A stretch of 64,000 bases of DNA, taken from an uncultured Actinomycetota bacterium (lineage in GTDB: Bacteria; Actinomycetota; Actinomycetes; JAFAQI01). Below are positions 10,419 to 19,661 of this stretch, piece by piece. The notes beneath the pieces are model-generated. The model was not told where the DNA came from. It was given only the letters and a program-made list of their open reading frames with translations, and made no database searches. The stretch is from the NCBI GenBank assembly GCA_963770565.1, contig CAVYQE010000011.1, forward strand, positions 288,001 through 352,000, in the 5' to 3' direction. Made by a program: the position numbers and the translations under genes. How positions within the stretch are numbered: position 1 is the first letter of the stretch; every line of letters starts with the position of its first letter.

Positions 10419-10877
10419 TCAGACCAACCAGCGGCCGTCGCGCATCACTGAACGGTCGGGCAGCTCGTTGACCTCGCGCCACGCCTGGATCCGGCGCGGG
10501 GTGATCCGGAACCACCGGTACGCCGTCGTCAGCAGGCGCGGGTCGAAGCCGGTGTGTTCGGCGAACCGATCACCCCGCTCCCGCGGCAACGCGTCGATCT
10601 CGATTACCTCGACGTCGCCGTCGATCATCGACACGTCGCGGGTGCCGCCGAGCCCGAGCCGCGCGACTCGGCTGGTGGCCAGGTTGCGCCCGGTCGGGCT
10701 GTCCGTCGGAGTCGCGACCAGTACGGCCTCGCCGTCCCAGTCGAACGAGAGCGGCACCAGGTACGGCGTACCGTCCGTTGAGGCGCTGGCGACCCACACG
10801 TCGATGTCGTGGGCGAGCCGATGCTCGGTGTCGCGCCGGCGCTGCGCGCCGGACCGGGGATCGGCCGGAGCGCTCAG
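10419..10877 (-). CDS. Pyridoxamine 5'-phosphate oxidase-like (PPOX, FMN/F420 split barrel) protein
   Basis: WVASASTDGTPYLVPLSFDWDG...RIQAWREVNEL. The frame extends upstream as protein-like sequence (PRSGAQRRRDTEHRL) to a CTG at 10877. Confidence 0.8.
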   Translation of the reverse strand: MSAPADPRSGAQRRRDTEHRLAHDIDVWVASASTDGTPYLVPLSFDWDGEAVLVATPTDSPTGRNLATSRVARLGLGGTRDVSMIDGDVEVIEIDALPRERGDRFAEHTGFDPRLLTTAYRWFRITPRRIQAWREVNELPDRSVMRDGRWLV

Positions 10878-11284
10878 GGCAGTTCCTGGATGCGGAGCAT
10901 GTTGCCGGCCGGGTCGCGCACCGCGCAGTCGCGAACGCCGTAGGGCTGCTCGGTGGGCTCCTGGACGATCTCGGCGTCGCTGGCCTGCAACTTCTCGAAC
11001 GTGCCGTCGAGGTCCTTGGTCGCCAGCAGGAGCATGCCGTAGGTGCCCTTCGCCATCATCTCGGCAGTGACCCGGCGCTCGTCGTCGGTCAGGCCGGGGT
11101 TAGCGGTCGGCGGGTTGAGCACGATGGACGTGTCGGGCTGGTTGGCGGGTCCGACCGTGATCCAGCGCATCTTGCCCTTGCCGACGTCCATGCGGACCTC
11201 GAAACCGAGGGTGTCGCGATAGAAGGCGAGGGAGGCGTCCGGATCGTCGTGCGGGAGGAAGCTCGCGTGAATGTTGATGTCCAT
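10874..11284 (-). CDS. VOC/bleomycin-resistance family protein
   Basis: MDINIHASFLPHDDPDASLAFYRDTLGFEVR...QPYGVRDCAVRDPAGNMLRIQE. Confidence 0.9.
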   Translation of the reverse strand: MDINIHASFLPHDDPDASLAFYRDTLGFEVRMDVGKGKMRWITVGPANQPDTSIVLNPPTANPGLTDDERRVTAEMMAKGTYGMLLLATKDLDGTFEKLQASDAEIVQEPTEQPYGVRDCAVRDPAGNMLRIQELP

Positions 11285-11289
11285 GCCGG

Positions 11290-11739
11290 TCACGTTAGTT
11301 GCGGCTCGCCGACCTGTGCTTCTCGATTCCTGATCGGTCTGGTCACCTGTTTCGCCACGCACGGCAGCATCCCCGCCGTGGCGTCCGCCTCGTTCTGACG
11401 GTAGGCGCTGGGGGACATGCCGACTAGCTCGGTGAAGCGGGTGCTGAAGGTGCCGAGCGAGGAGCAGCCGACCTCGTAGCAGACCTCGGTGACGCTGAGG
11501 TCGCCGCGACGCAGCAGGGCCATCGCACGCTCGATCCGCCGGGTCATGAGATATCCGTACGGCGGCTCGCCGTACGCCCGCCGGAACTGCCGGCTGAGGT
11601 GCCCGGCCGACATATGCGCGTCGCGGGCGAGCGCCTCGACGTCGAGCGGCTGTGCGTAGTCCCGGTCGATCCGGTCCCGCACCCGGCGCAACCGCGCGAG
11701 GTCGCGAAGGTGCTGCTCCTCGGCAGGTGTGCGGGCCAC
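11290..11739 (-). CDS. AraC family transcriptional regulator
   Basis: RDRIDRDYAQPLDVEALA...RRIERAMALLRRGDLSVTEVC..VGCSSLGTFSTRF. Confidence 0.92.
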   Translation of the reverse strand: MARTPAEEQHLRDLARLRRVRDRIDRDYAQPLDVEALARDAHMSAGHLSRQFRRAYGEPPYGYLMTRRIERAMALLRRGDLSVTEVCYEVGCSSLGTFSTRFTELVGMSPSAYRQNEADATAGMLPCVAKQVTRPIRNREAQVGEPQLT

Positions 11740-11797
11740 GAGAAAATCGTGCCACAACCCGCAAACAATGGCTCCCGTTGCTCCGACGGCCACCGCC

Positions 11798-11890
11798 CCG
11801 AACGAGCACACAACGGGGCCCGACGTGCCGCTGAAACCGGACAGTGCAGCACTACGGGCACATTGGCCCGCCTGTTGTGTGCTGCTTCGG
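11798..11890. repeat. Intergenic inverted-repeat element, family B copy 3 (degenerate)
   Basis: CCGAACGAGCACACAAC / GTTGTGTGCTGCTTCGG with a 59-bp spacer. Confidence 0.7.
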
Positions 11891-11955
11891 CGTAGCGGTC
11901 GGTGCTGGGATCACACGGATTTGCGTGATCTCAGGATTCCATGTAAATTGTGCTC

Positions 11956-12462
11956 ATGCCGAGTGACGCTGAGATCACCTTCGCCGACCACGCTGGCCGG
12001 CTCTACGCCCGCCGCTACGGAATGGCGCCGATGGTCGGCCGGCTGCTGGGGTACCTGATGATCTGTGACCCGCCGGAGCAGAGCATCGCCGAGCTGGCCG
12101 AGGCCCTCCTTGCCAGCCGGAGTGCCATCGCGGGCGCGGTCAACTCCCTGGAGCAGCTGGGGCTGGTACGCCGCACCCGCGCGGCGGGGGAGCGGCTGGA
12201 CCGGGTCGCGATCGACCGGACATCGCGACGGGCCTGGGGCTTCGACGAGACCGAGTACCACGAGCTCGCCCAGCTGGCACAGGAGGGCCTGACAGTGCTC
12301 GCCGATGCCCCGCAGGAGCGGCGGGCGGTGCTCTTGGAGTTCTCGGCACTCGCCAACTGGCTGATCGCGCGGCTCCCGGAATGGGAACGGGACTGGAACG
12401 CCCACCGCGATGCTCTGCGCGCAGCCGGCGATCTGCCCAACGACACGGAAAACGATAGGTAG
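11956..12462 (+). CDS. GbsR/MarR-type winged-helix regulator
   Basis: GMAPMVGRLLGYLMICDPPEQSIAELAEALLASRSAIAGAV. Confidence 0.82.
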   Translation: MPSDAEITFADHAGRLYARRYGMAPMVGRLLGYLMICDPPEQSIAELAEALLASRSAIAGAVNSLEQLGLVRRTRAAGERLDRVAIDRTSRRAWGFDETEYHELAQLAQEGLTVLADAPQERRAVLLEFSALANWLIARLPEWERDWNAHRDALRAAGDLPNDTENDR

Positions 12463-12468
12463 GCATTC

Positions 12469-13446
12469 ATGACAACCAACTCAAGCGCCGCGGCGATCAC
12501 CGCTCGCGGCGTGCGCAAGTCCTTCGGCGACCACGTCGTGTTGGACCAGGTGGACCTCGAGGTTGCCGAAGGAACCGTCTTCGCGCTGCTCGGTCCCAAC
12601 GGTGCCGGCAAGACGACGATGGTCCGCATTCTGACCACGCTGATCCGCGCCGATGCCGGCGAGATCCGGGTCGCCGGACACGAGGTGGCGAACGACCCGG
12701 ACGACGTACGAGGCGTGATCGGGGTGACCGGTCAGTTCTCCGCGGTGGACAACCTGCTCACCGGAGCGGAGAACCTTCGCCTCATGGCCGACCTCCGCCA
12801 CCTCGGCCGCGAGAAGGGGCGACAGCGGGTCGACGAACTGCTCGAGCGCTTCGACCTTGTCGATGCCGCGAACAAGCCGGTGTCGACGTACTCGGGTGGA
12901 ATGCGGCGGCGGCTGGACCTTGCGATGACCCTGGTCGGCGCGCCGCGGGTGATCTTCCTCGACGAGCCCACGGCCGGGCTCGACCCACGCAGCCGGCGGA
13001 CGATGTGGCAGATCATCGGCGAGCTCGTCCGCGACGGGGTCACGATCCTGCTCACCACTCAGTACCTTGAGGAAGCCGACCAGCTCGCCGACCGGATTGC
13101 CGTCCTCGATCACGGGCGCATCGTCGCGGCCGGCACGGCGGCCGAGCTCAAGCGCCGCGTGTCCGGCGGTCATGTCAACCTGACGTTCCCCAGTGAGGGC
13201 GCATTGCAGGCCGCCGCCGCATTACTGCCTGCCTCGGTGTCCGAGCTCGAGCAGCTCAGCCTTCAGGTCCCCGGAGACGGGAGCGTCGACTCCGTCCGTG
13301 GCCTGCTCAACCTCTTGTACGACGAAGACGTCGTCGTCGAACAGTTCTCGATCCATACCCCCGATCTTGACGACGTGTTCTTTGCCGTCACCGGCCACCT
13401 CGTCGAGCTAGACCCGCCAGCACTTCAGGAGACAGCGACATCATGA
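12469..13446 (+). CDS. DrrA-family ABC exporter ATP-binding protein
   Basis: Walker A GPNGAGKTT, signature YSGGMRRRL, Walker B IFLDEPT. Confidence 0.93.
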   Translation: MTTNSSAAAITARGVRKSFGDHVVLDQVDLEVAEGTVFALLGPNGAGKTTMVRILTTLIRADAGEIRVAGHEVANDPDDVRGVIGVTGQFSAVDNLLTGAENLRLMADLRHLGREKGRQRVDELLERFDLVDAANKPVSTYSGGMRRRLDLAMTLVGAPRVIFLDEPTAGLDPRSRRTMWQIIGELVRDGVTILLTTQYLEEADQLADRIAVLDHGRIVAAGTAAELKRRVSGGHVNLTFPSEGALQAAAALLPASVSELEQLSLQVPGDGSVDSVRGLLNLLYDEDVVVEQFSIHTPDLDDVFFAVTGHLVELDPPALQETATS

Positions 13447-14264
13447 GCAACGCCTTCGCCTTTACCGTGACCGACTCCGCCACGATGCTTCGCCGCAATC
13501 TCAAGCATCAGCTGCGCTACCCGTCGCTGACGCTGATGCTGGCCGGATTCCCGATCCTGTTCCTGCTGCTGTTCGTCTACGTATTCGGCGGGCAGCTCGG
13601 TGCGGGTCTCGGCGCGGCCGGCCATGTCAGTCCGAACCGGCACGCCTATCTCACCTACGTGGTCCCGGGCATCCTGATCATGACCGTCGCGTCGGCCGCG
13701 CTCGGCACGGCGATCTCGATCGCCATGGACATGACCGAGGGAATCATCGACCGGTTCCGCACCATGGCGATCGGTCGTGCTGCGGTGCTCACCGGCCACG
13801 TTCTCGGCACCATCATCCAGACGTCGATCGTGCTCGTGCTCGTCGCCGGCGTCGCACTGGCTATCGGTTTCCGTCCGCATGCCGGCGTCGTCGACTGGCT
13901 CGCAGCGATCGGCGTACTCCTGCTGTTTGCCGCGGCGTTGATCTGGCTGTCCACCGCTCTCGGCCTGGCCGCGAAGAGCGTTGAAACGGCGAGCAACACT
14001 CCGATGTTCCTGACCCTGCTGCCGTTCTTGTCCAGCGCATTCGTCCCGACATCGACCATGCCGGCGGGGTTGCGTCAGTTCGCCGAGTACCAGCCGTTCA
14101 CTCCGACCATCCAGGCCATCCGCGGCCTGCTCGTCGGCGGGCCCGTCCTGAGCCACGCGATCGCCGCGATCGCGTGGAGCGTCGCCATCACCCTGGCCAG
14201 CTATCTCTGGTCGATCCGCCTCTACAACCGGCGCCGGGCCGCTGACCCCAAGACCGCGGGGTAA
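13443..14264 (+). CDS. ABC-2 type (DrrB-like) permease
   Basis: ATGA overlap with the ATPase; six hydrophobic segments; GIIDRFRTM and FAEYQPFT motifs. Confidence 0.9.
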   Translation: MSNAFAFTVTDSATMLRRNLKHQLRYPSLTLMLAGFPILFLLLFVYVFGGQLGAGLGAAGHVSPNRHAYLTYVVPGILIMTVASAALGTAISIAMDMTEGIIDRFRTMAIGRAAVLTGHVLGTIIQTSIVLVLVAGVALAIGFRPHAGVVDWLAAIGVLLLFAAALIWLSTALGLAAKSVETASNTPMFLTLLPFLSSAFVPTSTMPAGLRQFAEYQPFTPTIQAIRGLLVGGPVLSHAIAAIAWSVAITLASYLWSIRLYNRRRAADPKTAG

Positions 14265-14305
14265 CGCAGAGAGGCGGAGTAAGCTGGGCTCGGATCAGGG
14301 CGGCC

Positions 14306-15463
14306 CTACTTGCCGGCCGTCCACTTGTGGCCGTGCAAGGTGAAGGTCATCGCGTGGCCGCTGGTGTGGAAGTCGGGGTAGTGCGTGCCGACGGCGAAGA
14401 CGTGCTTGGCCGAGCTCGCGCTGATGGCGTAGATGTAGTTCAGGCCCTTGCCGTGCGTCACGTACTGCTTCGTCCACGCTCCACCCGACGTGTGCAGGAT
14501 GGCTGACACCTCGTAGTTCTTGGCGTTGCGCCACTGCGCGACCGCCCAGCCCTGCGTGCCGGCGACCGTCAGGTCGACGATGACCGCGGTCGACGGGACG
14601 CCCTTGATCGTGGCCTTCGACCACTTCTTGCCGTTGAACTTCATGATCGCCCGCTTGCCCGCAGCGTCCGTACCGGCGACGTAGACGAGGTGCGGCGAGC
14701 TGGTCGCGATTGGACCTGGGTACGTCACCGGTGCCGGGCCGAGGTCGGTCCAGCTCGACCCCTTCCACACCAACAGGTTGCCGTCTCCGCGGGTGGCCCA
14801 GGTGTTGTTCGGCGCCGAGGTGCTGGCGTCATTCTGCCCGTCGTAGTTCACACTCTGCGGCGTGTCGGTGAACGCCCACTTCTTGCCGTCGTAGTGCAGG
14901 GCCTGCGGGCCGCCGGTGTCTGTAGCGAGGTAGATCCCGCCCACGGCCCAGACGTTGCTCGGCGAGCTGGCGGTGATCGCGCCGACGCCGACGGCGCCGG
15001 ACGCGGTTCCGGGCAGCTTCATCGCCACGAACTTCTTGCCCTTCAACCGGAAGATCGCTGGCTTGTCATCGATGCCATGCGGGACCTGGACGGCCCCGCC
15101 GACATAGACGTTGTTCTTCGATACCGCGTCCACCGAGGCGAGGTTTCCGTAGCGGCCACCGAGCTTCGATGTCCACACTTTCGTGAGGTGGCCGTTGTGC
15201 AGGAGCATGATCGAGAACCTGTCGTTGTCCACCCCGAACCCGCGCGCTTCGACGACGTAGGCGTACGACGTGCCTGGCACCGCTGCGACGGCACGCAGGT
15301 CGGTGGTTGCCCCGTCCCTTCGGCTTCCTTGCTTCGGCAACTGGTGCTGGCGGGCGGTCATGCCTGGACGGTGTGGTGTCGCCCCGGCGTATCCGCCGGC
15401 GGCGAGCACGGACAGGATCGATGCGCCGATGGCGGCGCGCAGCACGGTCGAGCGTGTAGTCAT
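14306..15463 (-). CDS. Secreted beta-propeller-like hypothetical protein
   Basis: Signal peptide after ATG 15463; repeated blades (SSPSNVWAVG...LHYDGKKW). Confidence 0.7.
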   Translation of the reverse strand: MTTRSTVLRAAIGASILSVLAAGGYAGATPHRPGMTARQHQLPKQGSRRDGATTDLRAVAAVPGTSYAYVVEARGFGVDNDRFSIMLLHNGHLTKVWTSKLGGRYGNLASVDAVSKNNVYVGGAVQVPHGIDDKPAIFRLKGKKFVAMKLPGTASGAVGVGAITASSPSNVWAVGGIYLATDTGGPQALHYDGKKWAFTDTPQSVNYDGQNDASTSAPNNTWATRGDGNLLVWKGSSWTDLGPAPVTYPGPIATSSPHLVYVAGTDAAGKRAIMKFNGKKWSKATIKGVPSTAVIVDLTVAGTQGWAVAQWRNAKNYEVSAILHTSGGAWTKQYVTHGKGLNYIYAISASSAKHVFAVGTHYPDFHTSGHAMTFTLHGHKWTAGK

Positions 15464-15544
15464 GGATCTCCCCCCAGATTCCACGCGATCATTGCAGGGC
15501 AACCGACGGCTGTCTCGCGTTTGCCAGGTGTGACCTGCCGCTCG

Positions 15545-15588
15545 TGGAGCGGGCGACCGGGATCGAACCGGCATGGCCAGATTGGAAG
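15545..15588 (-). repeat. tRNA-Gly 3'-half copy (distal att site of the island array)
   Basis: Reverse complement CTTCCAATCTGGCCATGCCGGTTCGATCCCGGTCGCCCGCTCCA, matching the anticodon-to-CCA half of tRNA-Gly. Confidence 0.9.
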
Positions 15589-15755
15589 CGGCAGTCGACG
15601 GGCTCACGGTGTGACCGTTGCGCTCGCGCGAATGGCACGAAGTGAACACGAAGTGAACAGGCTGGGGTACGTCTTTGGGTACGCCCACCTGCTTGCGGGG
15701 GTTGGCTCGAGATTTCAGCTGGCTAGGCGGTATCAACCTCGGTATCATCGAGTAC

Positions 15756-15959
15756 ATGGCGATGACTCTTCGGTTGGACGATCAGGAGACTGATGCGCTG
15801 CGTCAGCAGGCAGAGAACGAGGGCCGCTCGATGCAGGAGATCGCGCGGCAGGCAGTTCGTGAGTATGTCGAGCGCACGAGCAAGCGTGCGTTGATCGACC
15901 GCGCGCTTGCCGAAGAGCTTCCGCGGTATGCCGAGGCACTTCGTCGGCTCGGAGAGTGA
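15756..15959 (+). CDS. CopG/ribbon-helix-helix antitoxin
   Basis: MAMTLRLDDQETDALRQQAENEGRSMQEIARQAVREYV; GTGA overlap with the toxin; GGTATCA repeats at 15729 and 15741 are an operator candidate. Confidence 0.85.
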   Translation: MAMTLRLDDQETDALRQQAENEGRSMQEIARQAVREYVERTSKRALIDRALAEELPRYAEALRRLGE

Positions 15960-16363
15960 TCTACCTCGGCGTCGAGGACCTGCTGCACATTGCCGAAGAA
16001 GCACTCGGAAATGTCGAGGTTCGTGACATCGGCCTGCTCGAGTCCGCGGCCGCGAGACCCCAGGCCAGCGCGTTCGGCGAGGATGCGTACGCGACGATCC
16101 ACGAGAAGGCCGCGGCTCTCATTCACTCGATCGCCCGCAATCACGCGCTAGTCGACGGCAACAAGCGACTCGCGCTCGCCGGTGGCGCCACGTTTCTGTG
16201 GATCACCGGGCTGCGGCTGACACTTACCAATGGCGAGGCCTACGACTTCATCATCGCGATTGCCTCCGGCCAGCTCGACGACATCGGGAGCATCGCCGAC
16301 ACGCTTCGGCGCCAGACCGAGCCGCTGCCGCCGGTGGCGACAGGTCCGAAGGGTGAGCTCTGA
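15956..16363 (+). CDS. Doc/Fic family (death-on-curing) toxin
   Basis: RDIGLLESAAARPQ and Fic motif NHALVDGNKRLA. Confidence 0.92.
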   Translation: MIYLGVEDLLHIAEEALGNVEVRDIGLLESAAARPQASAFGEDAYATIHEKAAALIHSIARNHALVDGNKRLALAGGATFLWITGLRLTLTNGEAYDFIIAIASGQLDDIGSIADTLRRQTEPLPPVATGPKGEL

Positions 16364-16401
16364 TGTCAAAGAACAAGATCGATTGAGGACGCATGCACTT
16401 G

Positions 16402-16448
16402 GGTCAGAGCGGGCGACCGGGATCGAACCGGCATGGCCAGCTTGGAAG
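16402..16448 (-). repeat. tRNA-Gly 3'-half copy (junction of elements 1 and 2)
   Basis: GGTCAGAGCGGGCGACCGGGATCGAACCGGCATGGCCAGCTTGGAAG on the + strand. Confidence 0.9.
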
Positions 16449-16584
16449 CGAACGCAGGCTTTGTTGCTGACCAGCTGTGCGCGAGATCGCGCTGCCGGTC
16501 ATCGTCGAAGAGGCTCCTTCCCCGTCGAGTGAAGCCCCGAGTATGCCCGCGATGGGGCACGAAGTGGACATGCCATCGGCGGCC

Positions 16585-16619
16585 CGTGGGGACGCTCGTG
16601 GGGACGCTCGTGGGGACGC
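16585..16619. repeat. 3 x 12-bp repeat CGTGGGGACGCT (putative integrase arm sites)
   Basis: The same motif recurs at 22071-22136 at the other end of element 2. Confidence 0.75.
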
Positions 16620-16650
16620 CTGTGACCGTCCGATGTCTCTGACAAGAGAT

Positions 16651-16714
16651 AATACTTCATCGAAGTCTCATACTTCACTCTTGCATTGAAGTATGACTTT
16701 GATTGAAGTATTCT
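16651..16714 (+). promoter_or_regulatory. AT-rich operator/promoter of the AbiEi-like gene
   Basis: Nested inverted ATACTTCA/TGAAGTAT motifs (16652, 16670, 16687, 16704); TTGAAG-N17-TATTCT ending 6 nt before ATG 16721. Confidence 0.65.
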
Positions 16715-16720
16715 CGGACC

Positions 16721-17728
16721 ATGAGCGTGACCGGCCAGCGCGTTTTCGGCGTGCTTCGCTCCGTCCTGCCACCGGGCACTCCGATACGACATGCACAAGC
16801 GCAAGCTGCGGGTAATGAGGTTGCTCTCACGATCGCTGGACACAAACTTCGGATTCGGTGGCTTGCGGTCGGTTGGCCTCGACAGGTTGAGGAAGCGTTG
16901 CGGCTGCACCCGAAGCCTGATGTGGTCGTTGCGCCACGAATGTCGCCAGGCGCCCGAAGCGCGGCGGCAAGAGCGGGGCTCGGTTGGGCAGACGAGTCCG
17001 GGGCCGCCGAGATTCATCTGCACAACCTTGTCGTCTCGAGATCCGGTGATCCTGCGGTTCCACTCGATTCACGGGTCGGTTGGCGTCCGGCGACACTCGC
17101 GGTCTGTGAAGCCCTTCTGACTGGTCAGTCCACGGCGACAGTCTCGTCTGTCGTTGCGGCGACTGGACTCTCTGTGGGTACCGCCGCGAACTCTTTGAAG
17201 TTTCTTGAGAGGGATGGCTTTCTGGAAAGCGATGCAGCTAGAGGGCGGGAGTCGGCTCGCCGACTGACCGACCCAGACATGTTGCTCGATGCATATGCCG
17301 CGGCCGCGCAACGACTCCGATCGCCGACATCGATACGGGTCGGAGTGCTGTGGCGAGATCCGTTGGCCGGAGCCGCCGAGATAGGGCGCATATGGACGGG
17401 TGTCCGTCTCGCTTGGGCGGCGACAGGCGCACTGTCGGCCGCCGCAATCGCTCCCACACAAACTGAGGTGGCACCGATGGAGATATATGTCTCGGCGCGT
17501 GGACCGAGCGATCTACGGAACGCCGCTGCTCTTGCGGGGTTGTCCGAAATCGAAGGCGGTCGGCTCCTGGTGCGCCCCTTTCCAACGCCCGCTGAGGACA
17601 GCCTGACGACCGAACTCCCGGGCGGCGTCCGATCAATGCTGTGGCCTCGGGTATATGCGGACCTGCGCACGACAGGTGTCCGGGGCGAAGATGCTGCGGA
17701 GCACCTGCGCGAGGTGATGGCAGCATGA
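16721..17728 (+). CDS. AbiEi-like (type IV TA) antitoxin/regulator with central HTH
   Basis: GWADESGAAEI motif, HTH (TVSSVVAATGLSVGTAANSLKFLERDGFL), C-terminal RVYADLRTTGVRGEDAAEHL; ATGA-coupled to a nucleotidyltransferase. Confidence 0.7.
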   Translation: MSVTGQRVFGVLRSVLPPGTPIRHAQAQAAGNEVALTIAGHKLRIRWLAVGWPRQVEEALRLHPKPDVVVAPRMSPGARSAAARAGLGWADESGAAEIHLHNLVVSRSGDPAVPLDSRVGWRPATLAVCEALLTGQSTATVSSVVAATGLSVGTAANSLKFLERDGFLESDAARGRESARRLTDPDMLLDAYAAAAQRLRSPTSIRVGVLWRDPLAGAAEIGRIWTGVRLAWAATGALSAAAIAPTQTEVAPMEIYVSARGPSDLRNAAALAGLSEIEGGRLLVRPFPTPAEDSLTTELPGGVRSMLWPRVYADLRTTGVRGEDAAEHLREVMAA

Positions 17729-18564
17729 CTGAGGCCGATGAGACGCGATCGCTTGCAGCGCGGGCGGCCGCCGAGCTTGCACTCGTACGTGTGGTTCATC
17801 ACTATGGGGGGCGCCCCGAGTTCGTCCTTCTTGGCGGGCTCGTTCCGGCGTTGCTCTGTGCCGGATCGCCACGACGCCATGCAGGCACGAACGACGTAGA
17901 TGTGCAGGTCAATCTTGAGATCGCCGGCGGCGCAGTTCATGCCGCACGTCTCGAACAAGCCTTGCGCAATGCCGAATTCGAGCCCGACTCCGACAGGACA
18001 TGGCGGTGGACGTTCGATCCGACGAAGGACGTGCGCGCCACGGTGAAGTTCGAGTTGCTCGCTGATCTTGAGACCGCGGCCGCTGGGTCAGTGATCAACT
18101 TCGCCGGGTGCGACTCCTTGGGAGCGGCCAACCTCCGAGGGACCGGCTACGCCACCCGCGATGTTCAAGTGCATCGAATCTCAGCCAATGACCACGGCAC
18201 CTTTCGACAAGTCGAGATCAACGTCGCGGGACTAGCTGGATTCCTTCTCGCGAAGACGGCTGCCGCTCATGGACGGCGCAAACCGAAGGATTGGTACGAC
18301 ATCGCCTTCGTGCTGCTTAACAACGACCACGGTGAGGCGCCTGCCGTTGCCGAACGAGTCCTCGAAGTGTTTGGGCCGCCGGCACCCGACCTACGTACTC
18401 AACTCGTGGACCTCAAAGCCAACTTCGAGACGCCTGACACCCAGGGCACGTCCGCGTACGTAGAGCAGATCACTCTCGACCATCCCGATGAGAATCCCTC
18501 CACGGCAGCTGCCGATGCGCAGCTTGCCGTCAGTGCCTTCGTCGGCATCTTGCTCGGGACGTAA
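17725..18564 (+). CDS. AbiEii-like nucleotidyltransferase (putative toxin)
   Basis: Pol-beta NTase motif VLLGGL...HAGTNDVDV and C-terminal K...R..KDWYDI. Confidence 0.75.
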   Translation: MTEADETRSLAARAAAELALVRVVHHYGGRPEFVLLGGLVPALLCAGSPRRHAGTNDVDVQVNLEIAGGAVHAARLEQALRNAEFEPDSDRTWRWTFDPTKDVRATVKFELLADLETAAAGSVINFAGCDSLGAANLRGTGYATRDVQVHRISANDHGTFRQVEINVAGLAGFLLAKTAAAHGRRKPKDWYDIAFVLLNNDHGEAPAVAERVLEVFGPPAPDLRTQLVDLKANFETPDTQGTSAYVEQITLDHPDENPSTAAADAQLAVSAFVGILLGT

Positions 18565-18701
18565 CATGCGTGCGCCGTCTGGCTCGCAGCGGCATCCCCA
18601 CACAAGATCAACAAGGCAGACACACTTAGCTCTACGAGCAACGCGTGTTGTCGCGGGCTACAGGTGACCAACCTCGCGGGGTCCCGTGCAGTCTCATTGG
18701 C

Positions 18702-19661
18702 ATGAGGCGCCCCCTGATGGGAATCCTGCTGGCTGGCTGCCTCGTGGCCTGCTCGAGCCAGACTGCTACCGGGCCGAGGAACGAGGATCGCACTTCGCCC
18801 GTGCGGTCGAGTGCGACCGACCCGTCTTTCGTTGCCTTCGAGCCCGGGCGACACGACCGGCTCTTGGTGGTCGACGCCGCGACGGGCCACGTGCAACGGA
18901 GCACGGAGGGACCGGGTTCGGAGGGCTATGCCATAGACCTCAAGTCGCACGTCGCGCTCCTGCCGGTTGTCTTGTCGAGTTGCCGGCTCGCGATAGAGCG
19001 GGTGCCGCTTTCGACTTCTAGCAGGGAGGGAGTCAAGCGTCGCGTAGGGATTGTCCGAGGCGGTCCGGTTGACGACGTAGAGGCGCAGCCCGCGCTGAGC
19101 CCGAGCGGCAAGAAACTGGCCGTCATCGTCGCCTCGCCTCCGTCGGTCAACTCGGGAATGGGGTCCGACTGCGGCGACACGGATCGAGTTGCGGTCGTCT
19201 CTCTTCCGGCAGGCACCGTGCGCTACGTGACAAGCCAGGCAGGTGACCAGCTCGACGACCTTGCCTGGGCCGGATCGCGGCTCCTGGTTCGAGTCACGTC
19301 GCCGACCCGTCCTGCAAGGGGCCGTGTCGTCGAGATCGGGAGCGAGACCGACAGCGTGGTGGCTTCCCCAACAGTGCTCATCGAGCGACGGGGACGACCA
19401 GGTCCGGTCTTTCGATGGGGGGCCGGCCTGGCGGTAGTCGATTCAGGCGGACTTCATCGTGTTGCACGCGGCCGTATCGCCGCGAAAGCGTTAGCGGGGA
19501 CCGTCGGGTTGCCCACCTTGGTTGTCCGAGTATCGGTCGCGGCAGATGGACGGGACCTCTTGCTGCAAACGAACGCGGGCGACCTCTATTGGTGGAACGG
19601 CGACTCGACAAGACAGATCCCAGTCACCGTTCCCGGGCACTGGGACGAGCCCGTTTGGTGA
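18702..19661 (+). CDS. Putative lipoprotein (PD40/TolB-like propeller elements)
   Basis: Lipobox LVAC after a hydrophobic leader; PALSPSGKKLAV motif. Confidence 0.55.
   Translation: MRRPLMGILLAGCLVACSSQTATGPRNEDRTSPVRSSATDPSFVAFEPGRHDRLLVVDAATGHVQRSTEGPGSEGYAIDLKSHVALLPVVLSSCRLAIERVPLSTSSREGVKRRVGIVRGGPVDDVEAQPALSPSGKKLAVIVASPPSVNSGMGSDCGDTDRVAVVSLPAGTVRYVTSQAGDQLDDLAWAGSRLLVRVTSPTRPARGRVVEIGSETDSVVASPTVLIERRGRPGPVFRWGAGLAVVDSGGLHRVARGRIAAKALAGTVGLPTLVVRVSVAADGRDLLLQTNAGDLYWWNGDSTRQIPVTVPGHWDEPVW

Larger units (their letters stand above)
15545..16448. mobile_element. Element 1: ~0.9 kb integrase-less cassette carrying an RHH/Doc toxin-antitoxin pair
   Basis: Bounded by two tRNA-Gly 3'-half copies; contains only the TA pair and arm-like repeats at 15634-15683. 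Confidence 0.7.
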
